From: Clostridia bacterium
GTDB lineage: Bacteria > Bacillota > Clostridia > Christensenellales > Aristaeellaceae
Assembly (NCBI GenBank): GCA_030529995.1
Contig: JAUMVT010000007.1
Coordinates: forward strand, 4,170-68,169
Direction of reading: 5' to 3'
Length of the DNA: 64,000 nucleotides
The position numbers and the translations under genes were made by a program. Of the stretch, positions 46,435 through 54,728 are shown in pieces. The notes beneath the pieces are model-generated. The model was not told where the DNA came from. It was given only the letters and a program-made list of their open reading frames with translations, and did not search any database. Positions within the stretch are counted from its first letter, which is position 1. Each line of letters opens with the position of its first letter.

Positions 46435-47913
46435 ATGCGACAGAGCGGCATTCTGATGCACATTACCTCCCTGCCCGGGAAGGACGGCATCGGCAGCCTT
46501 GGGCAGGAAGCCCGGGACTTTGCGGATTTCCTGCATGCGTCCGGGATGAAGCTGTGGCAGGTACTGCCGGTAGGACCGGTAGGTTACGGGGAGTCGCCCT
46601 ATCAATCCTCCAGCTTCTTTGCAGGAAATCCGCTGATGATTTCTCTGGAGGAGCTGCGGCGGGAAGGACTGCTGGATGACAGCGGTCTGCCGGCCTACGT
46701 GGATGAAGATCCGGCGCATGTGGACTATGACAAGGTGCGCATGCATAAGGAAGGACGGCTTCGGCTGTGCTTCCGGCAGTCCGGGAAGAAAATGCAGGGC
46801 AAGGTGGAGGAGTTTGCCCGCAGTCATCCCTGGGCGGAAGATGTGGCGCTGTTCACGGCGGTGAAGCATTACTTCGGGGATGCCATGTGGACAAAGTGGC
46901 CGGAAAAGGACATTCGCCTGCATAAAGAAGAAGCGGTGCTTCGCTATAAGAGCAAGCTGTCGGAGGATGTGCAGTATCATCTTTTTGTGCAGATGCTCTT
47001 CTTCCGCCAGTGGATGGCATTAAAGAAGTACTGCAACGATTTGGGTCTGCTGCTGTTTGGCGATATGCCCATTTATGTGGCGGAGGACAGTGCGGACACA
47101 TGGACGCACCCTGAGGTTTTCCAGCTGGATCGCAACCGAATCCCCAAGCGTGTGGCAGGCGTTCCACCGGACTATTTTTCCGAGGATGGCCAGCTGTGGG
47201 GCAATCCCCTGTATCGGTGGCATTATCTTCGCCTGACCGGCTACCGCTGGTGGGTGGAGCGGATGAAAGCCATGAGTACCATGTATGATATGATCCGCAT
47301 TGACCATTTCATCGGCTTTGCTAATTACTATTCCATCCCTTACGGTGCCCCGAATGCCCGGAACGGCAAGTGGGTTATCGGCCCTGGGAAAAGCCTGTTC
47401 AAGACTTTCCGAAAGAAGCTGCCGGGCATCCGCATTGTGGCGGAGGATCTGGGCTGCGTCAATGACCGGGTACGGGCTTTGCTGAAGTTCGTGGGCTATC
47501 CGGGCATGCGGGTACTGTGCTTCGGCTTCGGCGGCGGGGATGATAACATGCATCTGCCCCAGCACTATGCGGAAAATTCCGTGGTGTATACCGGCACCCA
47601 CGATAACGATACTGTCCGGGGCTGGGTGGATGCTGCAGACGAAAAGTCTCTGATGCAGGCGCAGCAAATGCTGGGCTTTGAAAAGAAAGAAGACGCACCG
47701 GAAGCCTTCATCCGCTGCCTGCTGGCATCTCGGGCAGATACGGCGGTGATTCCCATGCAGGATGTGCTGGGGCTGGATACCAGTGCCAGAATGAATCTTC
47801 CGGGCACCATCGGCGGCAACTGGCGGTGGCGTATGCTGCCCGGCGCTGCAACGGATGAGGTTGCAAAGCACTTGAAGGAACTGAACCAACAGACGAACAG
47901 GGAGGCTAAATGA
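46435..47913 (+). CDS. malQ: 4-alpha-glucanotransferase (amylomaltase, GH77)
   Basis: Start at MRQSGILMHITSLPG behind AAAGGAGAA. IRIDHF, GDMPIYV and YTGTHDN motifs. Confidence 0.9.
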   Translation: MRQSGILMHITSLPGKDGIGSLGQEARDFADFLHASGMKLWQVLPVGPVGYGESPYQSSSFFAGNPLMISLEELRREGLLDDSGLPAYVDEDPAHVDYDKVRMHKEGRLRLCFRQSGKKMQGKVEEFARSHPWAEDVALFTAVKHYFGDAMWTKWPEKDIRLHKEEAVLRYKSKLSEDVQYHLFVQMLFFRQWMALKKYCNDLGLLLFGDMPIYVAEDSADTWTHPEVFQLDRNRIPKRVAGVPPDYFSEDGQLWGNPLYRWHYLRLTGYRWWVERMKAMSTMYDMIRIDHFIGFANYYSIPYGAPNARNGKWVIGPGKSLFKTFRKKLPGIRIVAEDLGCVNDRVRALLKFVGYPGMRVLCFGFGGGDDNMHLPQHYAENSVVYTGTHDNDTVRGWVDAADEKSLMQAQQMLGFEKKEDAPEAFIRCLLASRADTAVIPMQDVLGLDTSARMNLPGTIGGNWRWRMLPGAATDEVAKHLKELNQQTNREAK

Positions 47914-50276
47914 TGATGAACGCCAAGGAACTGATCCGCCGGGGAGAAACCCTGCTGATGACCCGTGACCATGTGATGCTGGAGCAGGCAACGGCCGTGC
48001 AGCTTCATGACGCTCTGGCTTCTGCTGCCATGGAGGCATTAACGCCTACTTGGGTGAAGTGTGAGCAGAAGCGGCAGGGAAAGCGGCAGGCCTATTATCT
48101 GTCTGCCGAATATCTGGTGGGTCGCATGGTGTACAACAATCTGTTCTGCCTGGGTCTGCTGGAGGATACGAAAAAGCTGCTGGCAGAGCGGCATGTGGAT
48201 CTTGCCTGCCTTGAGGATATAGAGGACGACGCTTTCGGCAACGGCGGCCTGGGACGGCTGGCAGCCTGCTTCCTGGACAGTGCGGTAACCCATCAGGTGC
48301 CCCTGACCGGCTACGGCCTTCGATATCGTTACGGCCTGTTTAAGCAAAGCTTTGTGAACGGCAGGCAGCATGAAGAACCGGATGACTGGGCCAAGTGGGG
48401 AGATCCGTGGAGCATTCGCCGAGACGATCTTGCCGTAACGGTGGAAATGAAGACAGGCAATGTGCTGGCTGTGCCCTATGATATGCCCATCATCGGCTAT
48501 GGCGCAAAGAACATCGGCACCCTGCGCCTGTGGCAGTGCGAAAGCCTTCACGAAATTGATTTCCCTCTGTTTAATCAGCAGGAGTATGCCAAAGCTGCCG
48601 GGGACAAGAACAGGGCTGAGGACATTACCAAGTTCCTGTACCCCAATGATTCGAAGAAGGAAGGCAAGCAGCTGCGGGTGAAGCAGCAGTATGTGCTGGT
48701 GTCTGCCTCTCTGCAGGACTTGCTGCGCAGCTACAAGGCACGCCACGGCAGTGACTACGCTTTCTTCGCCAAGGAGCATGCGGCACAGCTGAACGATACC
48801 CATCCCGTGATGGCGATTCCCGAGCTGATTCGCCTGCTGGGGAAAGACGGCGTGGACTTTGAGACTGCCTTCGCCATTGCCCGGGAAACCTTTGCCTACA
48901 CCAATCATACGGTGATGCAGGAAGCACTGGAAAAGTGGGACTTGCCCCTGCTGGCCTCCGTTTGCCCGGAATTGGTGAAGGTCATCCGGCAGATTGATGT
49001 CCGCTTCCGCAAGGAAATGAAGGCAGGCGGTCATGAAGTGAAGGCGACCCGCTGTATCCTGTGGCCGAACCCGTGGAATACCAAGGTGACCCAGGTACAT
49101 ATGGCGCAGCTGGCCGTGTATGCCACCCATGCAACCAACGGTGTGGCGGCGATTCATTCCAAAATTCTGAAGAAGGACGTATTTGCGGACTGGTATGCCC
49201 TGTATCCGGAACGGTTCCAAAACAAGACCAACGGCATTACCCAGCGCCGCTGGCTGGGACTGTGCAATCCTGAACTGACCGCTCTGCTGAAGGAGAAGCT
49301 GGGCAACGAGGAATTCCTGACGGATCTGGACGAGCTGGCCAAGCTGAAGCCCATGATCGATGATGACCTGTGCAAAGCCTTTATGCAGGTGAAGCAGGAG
49401 AAGAAGCGTCAGCTGGCGGAGGAGATTCAGCGGAAAGAGGGCGTGACCCTGGATCCTGGCATGATCTTTGACGTGCAGGTGAAGCGGCTCCATGAATACA
49501 AGCGGCAGCTGATGAACGCTTTGTCCATTCTGGCAATCTACTACCAGCTGAAGGATGGCACGCTGAAGGATTTTACGCCCACCGCCTTCATCTTCGGTGC
49601 AAAGGCAGCCCCCGGATATGACCGGGCGAAGGCCATCATTCACCTGATCAACATGATTGCGGACAAGGTGAATGCCGATCCGGAAACCAATCAGAAGCTT
49701 CGTGCCGTGTTTGTGCAGAATTACAACTGCTCCTATGCGGAGAAGATCATCCCTGCTGCGGACATCAGCGAACAGATTTCTCCCGCCGGCACGGAGGCCA
49801 GCGGCACCGGCAACATGAAGCTGATGCTGAACGGTGCTGTGACCCTGGGCACCTTTGACGGCGCCAACATTGAAATTGTTGAGCAGGCAGGGGAAGAGAA
49901 TAACTACATCTTCGGCGCAACGGTGGACGAAATCAACGCCATGAAGGCAACCTATGACCCGAAGAAGCTCTATCAAGCGGATCCTCTGCTGCGCAAGGCG
50001 GTGGACAGCCTGATTGACGGCACCTTCCCCGATGACGACGGTATGCTGAAGGAACTGCACACCGCTCTGCTGGAAGGCGCAAGCTGGCACAAGCCGGATC
50101 ATTACTTCCTGCTGAAGGATTTCCGCAGTTATCTGGATGCGAAGCTGCGGGCTAACCGGGATTACCGTGACCACATGGCCTTTGCAAGAAAGTGCCTGAT
50201 GAACGTGGCCGGTGCAGGAAAGTTCTCTTCCGACAGAACCATCAAGGAATATGCAAAGGAGATTTGGAAGGTCTGA
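47910..50276 (+). CDS. glgP: Alpha-glucan (glycogen/maltodextrin) phosphorylase
   Basis: 4-nt overlap with malQ. PLP-lysine motif EASGTGNMKLMLNGA and the GNGGLGRLAACFLDS motif. Confidence 0.95.
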   Translation: MMMNAKELIRRGETLLMTRDHVMLEQATAVQLHDALASAAMEALTPTWVKCEQKRQGKRQAYYLSAEYLVGRMVYNNLFCLGLLEDTKKLLAERHVDLACLEDIEDDAFGNGGLGRLAACFLDSAVTHQVPLTGYGLRYRYGLFKQSFVNGRQHEEPDDWAKWGDPWSIRRDDLAVTVEMKTGNVLAVPYDMPIIGYGAKNIGTLRLWQCESLHEIDFPLFNQQEYAKAAGDKNRAEDITKFLYPNDSKKEGKQLRVKQQYVLVSASLQDLLRSYKARHGSDYAFFAKEHAAQLNDTHPVMAIPELIRLLGKDGVDFETAFAIARETFAYTNHTVMQEALEKWDLPLLASVCPELVKVIRQIDVRFRKEMKAGGHEVKATRCILWPNPWNTKVTQVHMAQLAVYATHATNGVAAIHSKILKKDVFADWYALYPERFQNKTNGITQRRWLGLCNPELTALLKEKLGNEEFLTDLDELAKLKPMIDDDLCKAFMQVKQEKKRQLAEEIQRKEGVTLDPGMIFDVQVKRLHEYKRQLMNALSILAIYYQLKDGTLKDFTPTAFIFGAKAAPGYDRAKAIIHLINMIADKVNADPETNQKLRAVFVQNYNCSYAEKIIPAADISEQISPAGTEASGTGNMKLMLNGAVTLGTFDGANIEIVEQAGEENNYIFGATVDEINAMKATYDPKKLYQADPLLRKAVDSLIDGTFPDDDGMLKELHTALLEGASWHKPDHYFLLKDFRSYLDAKLRANRDYRDHMAFARKCLMNVAGAGKFSSDRTIKEYAKEIWKV

Positions 50277-50328
50277 ACCTTACGCGGCTCGGAACCTTTA
50301 TCCAATCCTATCTTTACATGAAATGCAA

Positions 50329-50380
50329 GACCCGGCGGTTGAACGTGCTTGTATGCCGTTCCATCGCCGGGTCGTTTTCT
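50329..50380. terminator. Stem-loop between convergent glgP and ogt
   Basis: GACCCGGCG ... CGCCGGGTC 9-bp stem with a 27-nt structured loop, followed by GTTTTCT. Confidence 0.45.
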
Positions 50381-50391
50381 GTGAATGAGGG

Positions 50392-50928
50392 TCATGGTTC
50401 ACGCTTCTGCTTGGGCAAGCGCAGCCTACTGACATCGATGCCTTCCAGCTTCAGCAAGGCTATTTTTCGCTCAATACCGCCTGCATAGCCGGTGAGATTG
50501 CCTCCTGCACCCATGACACGGTGGCAGGGAATGATCAGGGAAATGGGATTATGCCCAACGGCGCCGCCAACTGCCTGCGCAGACATGGGGGAGCTGCTCA
50601 TTCGCCTGGACACTTCCACGGCAATCGCCCCATAGGTCATGGTTTGCCCGTAAGGAATGGCCGACATGATATCACATACCATCCGGCGAAAAGGAGAACC
50701 CGTAACCTGCAGCGGGGGAGTAAAGTCGGGCACGCTACCGGAAAAGTAGCCATCCAACCAACGCTTGGTTTCGGAGAAAATAGGAGTGTCAGCCGTCCGG
50801 CATGTGCCCGTAAATCCTTCCATGAAATGCGTTTGGCCGGAGAACCAAAGCCCCAGCAGTGCATGCTCGTTGCAGATCATGGTGATGAGGCCGAGAGGGG
50901 ATTCGTAAGAAGCGGTGAAGCAGGGCAT
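50392..50928 (-). CDS. ogt: Methylated-DNA--protein-cysteine methyltransferase
   Basis: Active site IPCHRV. Start trimmed to MPCFTASYESPLG behind GAAAGGAG. Confidence 0.9.
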   Translation of the reverse strand: MPCFTASYESPLGLITMICNEHALLGLWFSGQTHFMEGFTGTCRTADTPIFSETKRWLDGYFSGSVPDFTPPLQVTGSPFRRMVCDIMSAIPYGQTMTYGAIAVEVSRRMSSSPMSAQAVGGAVGHNPISLIIPCHRVMGAGGNLTGYAGGIERKIALLKLEGIDVSRLRLPKQKREP

Positions 50929-51028
50929 GGAAGCACTCCTTTCAGGGGGATAAGGGGAGTATAGCACAAAAAAGAGAAGCAGAAGAGGCATTCTGCAAGC
51001 AAATGTTGTAAAAGGTTACGTGTATGTG

Positions 51029-51168
51029 ACATGAACGACGAGCAAACGCATCAAGCTAAGTTATTGTCGAAAACTGATTTTGCGAGTGTTCGTATTCGTA
51101 ACAATGGCGAAAAAACAAGCAAAATGCTAGATTTATCGATGCAGATGAGAGGATTACATGAACGATGA
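51029..51168 (+). repeat. Two copies of the 13-mer ACATGAACGAYGA, 127 nt apart, in an AT-rich intergenic region
   Basis: Copies lie at 51029-51041 and 51156-51168. Each contains an ATG opening a short ORF that begins MNDE (45 and 35 codons). Confidence 0.8.
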
Positions 51169-51223
51169 AGGAAGGACATGTTCCCATAACGAAAACAGAA
51201 GTGTGACATTTTCGTTACTTTTC

Positions 51224-51237
51224 AAAAAAAAAAAAAA
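51224..51237 (+). repeat. Homopolymeric A14 tract
   Basis: Fourteen consecutive A residues, 20 nt upstream of the predicted -35 of the vWA/tubulin-like cluster. Confidence 0.95.
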
Positions 51238-51256
51238 GATTCATGTAATTTTTCTA

Positions 51257-51285
51257 TTGAACTGACAGCGGTTCTCTGCTATAAT
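51257..51285 (+). promoter_or_regulatory. Candidate sigma70-type promoter of the five-gene cluster
   Basis: TTGAAC, 17 nt, TATAAT. It lies 111 nt upstream of ATG 51396. Confidence 0.5.
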
Positions 51286-51395
51286 CAAAAGGAATGATTT
51301 CCTTTTCTAGTCCAATGTTCTACGGCACGCAAAATGCAGGAGAAACTCCTCAGACGGCAGCGCCGCAAGAAGCACTTGAAGGAGGCAGCCCTGTC

Positions 51396-54300
51396 ATGAA
51401 GAGAATCCTGTCTGCTATGTTGATGCTATGCGTCTTTCTTGCCTGCCTGACGGGAACCGTTGAGGCGGACACCATGGCTGATACATCTGCCACATCCGGC
51501 ATTGATGTTGTGATTGTGCTGGATATGACGGCATCCATGGATGGCAGCAACAACCCGGATGCAAGGACGAAAAATGATGAGTACAATTATCGTCTGGATG
51601 CGGCAGCCATGCTGATCAGCATGCTGGACATGGATTCTTCCCGTGTGGCAGTGGTGCCTTTTGCATGGGAACCTTTTGAAGATCAGATTATTGACCTGAC
51701 GCCTGTGCCGGACAGCACCTCCCGCAACGAGCTTGTGCAGCAGGTGTATGCCCTGAAGGACTACGGCACGAAGCCGAACACCAATATCGGTGCTGCGCTG
51801 ATGCGGGCTAACCAGATCCTTCAGCAGCGGGATGATGTGGGGAATGAGCCCATGATCATGCTGCTGACGGACGGCAACAATGATATGTCCGGCTCAAAAC
51901 AGACAGTGACCAATTCTCTCCGGTGGGATAGCGCTAACCAAACCATCTACAGCGAAGGAACGCAGAAATATACCACGGATACTGCCAATGCTGTGACCAA
52001 AGAGGCCGTGAACTGCGCCTACACTTTGCAGTACCCGATTTATGCCATTGCTTTGAATGAAGATCCTGATACGGCAGCGGCAGGCGGTCTCTCCTTGCGT
52101 GCTATTTCCGAAGGCAGCGGACTGAGAGACGGCTGCCGGATGGTATCGAAAAACGATGCATCCAGCTTGCCTGAGTATTTCGCAGACTTCTTGGCAGCAC
52201 GGATTGGCTCCAGCGTGCAGCTCTCTGCTTCTCCCGAAAAGGTAGAGGGAATGGAGAACACTTATGAGGTTACCATCCCTGTGCTGAATCAGTCGGTGAT
52301 GGAAATCAATATCATCCTTCCTGTTCACTTGGCAAATGCGAAGGAAACCAGCAAGTGGGGTAAGGGCATTGACGCGTCCAGCATCAAAATGTATGATTCC
52401 GATGGTACACTGCTGTCCAACGCATCGGACATTCAGATTCTGCGCAATGACAACGCTCACTTTGCCATGGTGAAGGTACGCAATCCTCAGCCTAACGGAC
52501 TGTGGACCCTTCGATTCACCAGCAATACGGATCCTAATAACATCTCTTTCAACATTCTCTACAACTACAACATCAAGCTTCAGTCTTCCGTGGAGTCCAC
52601 AACCACTCGGGTGGATGGCTTGTATAAGTCTGACAAGCTGGAGATCACTTCCTGGTTTACCAATGCGGACGGATCCAAGGCATCTGACAGCAACCTTTAT
52701 GCGGATCACCGGGGAGAAGCAGGCTTCGAAGATTGGATGACCATTCAGGGCAGCTGGCAGCTGTATCAGGAACTGGATGGAAAGCGTACGCTTCAGCGAG
52801 AAGGCACCTTGCTTTCCGATGAGACGCTTCGCTGCTTCCATGCGGATGTGGATCTGAGCGAAACGATTCTGCAGGATGGCAATTATGTACTGGTGGTAAG
52901 CGCACAGGGCGCTGGCTTGAACCGCAGCGTGGAACAGAACTTTGTTCTTCTGAACCATGCACCGGAGGCCAAGGACTATGATATAACGCTTAACGTGAAT
53001 TCCACAGATGACACGGAAGACGCCGCGGCTACCTGGACGGTGGAAGGCACCTCCGGCGTGCTGCCTGTGAAGGTTCAGGATTTGGTGAAGGATGCTGACG
53101 GGGATCAGCTGAGCTATACCCTGAAGGCGCTGAACAATGCGGGCAGCATTGTTACCCTGGAAATGGATGAGAGCACCGGCACTTTCACATACCATACAGC
53201 CCAGGACGGCGATAAGCTGGCCAGCGGCGATGCAGTGTATACTTTGTACTATGATGACGGCTGCACAAACGGTGCAGGCAGCATGAACATAACGTTCCAT
53301 GTAGTGTCCGGCGTGGATGAAATGCAGAAGGCTTACACTCCTGTTGTGACAGTAAACGGTACGCCCGGCAATACGCCTGATACTTGGCTAAAGAATACGG
53401 ATCTCACCTTGTCTGTTCAGTTGAAGGACGTCAACGGCGGCTACGCTGATGCGGAGGTTCTGAACCGTTTGTCCGTCCGGGTGGATGCGGTGAATACCAC
53501 GGCGGATGAGAAGGTTTCCTTCACGGAAAATTCTCAGCAGGAAGACAGCCGAGACTTTACCATCAATACTGGCAACAAGGCTGCGACCATTGATGTGACG
53601 GTTACGATTGGCCTTTTCGATCCCATGAAGCTGACGGTGAACATCCCCAACCAAGAAGCACCGGTGGCAGCTGCATCCGGGGCGGCAACCATCTATTGCA
53701 ACGGCACTGATGTACCGTCCTTCCTGAAGGGACTCATTGGCGAAGAAACGTCTCAGGATGCGGCTGAGCTCAATGTGGATATCGAAGCGGAAAAGCTGTT
53801 TACGGACGCCGACAATGATGTTTTGACCTATGCGGCACCGACCTTTGCCCTGCCCGAAAGCGGTGCGGCGGCAGATGCGGCCATGATCACGGCTGAGAAG
53901 ACGGGGGAGAATGCCTACCACATCCTTGTGGACAGCAGTTCGACAGGCATATTCCATGACACCTTTACCGTCACCATGAACATTGTGGCCACGGATGGCG
54001 ACGGCGTGACTTCCGCCGTGCCTTATACCAAGACCTTGACCGTGGTGGATCTGCATAACAAGTTCCTGACCCTTGCGGTGATTGTTGGTATTGCACTGGC
54101 GGTACTGATTGTACTGATCCTGATCATCCATCAGCTGCGGAAGCCTCGCTTTGCAAGACTTGCTGTTTCGGTCACGGAAGCACCCAGTATGTATGAAACT
54201 TCTCGTCTGGAATTGCCCAACAGCAAGGCACCTGTGAATGCAATGAGGCTCGGCGTGAGCGGGGAGAATTGCGGCGTAAGCAACACACAGCTCCTGAATG

Positions 54301-54698
54301 TGCTGCTGAAGCCTAACCGTGCTTCGAAGACGATTGATGTGGTTTGCAAGAAGATTGAGCTGGATTACGAAATCACCATGAGTGAGAAAGCTTTGAAGGC
54401 AGGGAAAAAGGTACAGTGGCACTTGGATGGTGAATTGAAGATTCGCCGGATGAACGAGGAAAGTGCCCTTGTCTTGAAACTTTGCGAGAAGCAGGAAGAT
54501 AGTGGCATGACGGCCTTCATGGATAATGCAGGCGGAGCAGATGATTGGACAAGTGATGATCAAGGCTTCGAAAATGCAGCACCGAAGAAGAGCAAGCGTG
54601 TGAGCCGCTCCACGAGGAAGAATGCTAAGCAGGATACGCACGAGAATAATGTTGATGACTGGAACAATGGAGACGACAATGGCGGTTATGCGTTCTAA
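51396..54698 (+). CDS. Single-pass surface protein: signal peptide, vWA domain, Ig/cadherin-like repeats, TM helix and a roughly 190-aa cytoplasmic tail
   Basis: Start at MKRILSAMLMLCVFLACL behind GAAGGAGG. The MIDAS-type motif DMTAS in VVIVLDMTASMDG (51522-51536) and MIMLLTDGNN are present. DADGDQLSY and DADNDVLTY are cadherin-like motifs. TM helix FLTLAVIVGIALAVLIVLILII at about 54063-54131. Confidence 0.8.
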   Translation: MKRILSAMLMLCVFLACLTGTVEADTMADTSATSGIDVVIVLDMTASMDGSNNPDARTKNDEYNYRLDAAAMLISMLDMDSSRVAVVPFAWEPFEDQIIDLTPVPDSTSRNELVQQVYALKDYGTKPNTNIGAALMRANQILQQRDDVGNEPMIMLLTDGNNDMSGSKQTVTNSLRWDSANQTIYSEGTQKYTTDTANAVTKEAVNCAYTLQYPIYAIALNEDPDTAAAGGLSLRAISEGSGLRDGCRMVSKNDASSLPEYFADFLAARIGSSVQLSASPEKVEGMENTYEVTIPVLNQSVMEINIILPVHLANAKETSKWGKGIDASSIKMYDSDGTLLSNASDIQILRNDNAHFAMVKVRNPQPNGLWTLRFTSNTDPNNISFNILYNYNIKLQSSVESTTTRVDGLYKSDKLEITSWFTNADGSKASDSNLYADHRGEAGFEDWMTIQGSWQLYQELDGKRTLQREGTLLSDETLRCFHADVDLSETILQDGNYVLVVSAQGAGLNRSVEQNFVLLNHAPEAKDYDITLNVNSTDDTEDAAATWTVEGTSGVLPVKVQDLVKDADGDQLSYTLKALNNAGSIVTLEMDESTGTFTYHTAQDGDKLASGDAVYTLYYDDGCTNGAGSMNITFHVVSGVDEMQKAYTPVVTVNGTPGNTPDTWLKNTDLTLSVQLKDVNGGYADAEVLNRLSVRVDAVNTTADEKVSFTENSQQEDSRDFTINTGNKAATIDVTVTIGLFDPMKLTVNIPNQEAPVAAASGAATIYCNGTDVPSFLKGLIGEETSQDAAELNVDIEAEKLFTDADNDVLTYAAPTFALPESGAAADAAMITAEKTGENAYHILVDSSSTGIFHDTFTVTMNIVATDGDGVTSAVPYTKTLTVVDLHNKFLTLAVIVGIALAVLIVLILIIHQLRKPRFARLAVSVTEAPSMYETSRLELPNSKAPVNAMRLGVSGENCGVSNTQLLNVLLKPNRASKTIDVVCKKIELDYEITMSEKALKAGKKVQWHLDGELKIRRMNEESALVLKLCEKQEDSGMTAFMDNAGGADDWTSDDQGFENAAPKKSKRVSRSTRKNAKQDTHENNVDDWNNGDDNGGYAF

Positions 54699-54728
54699 AT
54701 AATCTTGAATTGAAAAGGGGATCGTGTC

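Noticed and set aside
51187-51217. Perfect 9-bp inverted repeat TAACGAAAA/TTTTCGTTA as a terminator for ogt or an upstream gene
   Set aside because: The stem is all-AT-rich. On the plus strand it is followed by only CTTTTC, and on the minus strand the T14 run precedes the hairpin rather than following it. It is kept only as a possible protein-binding site.
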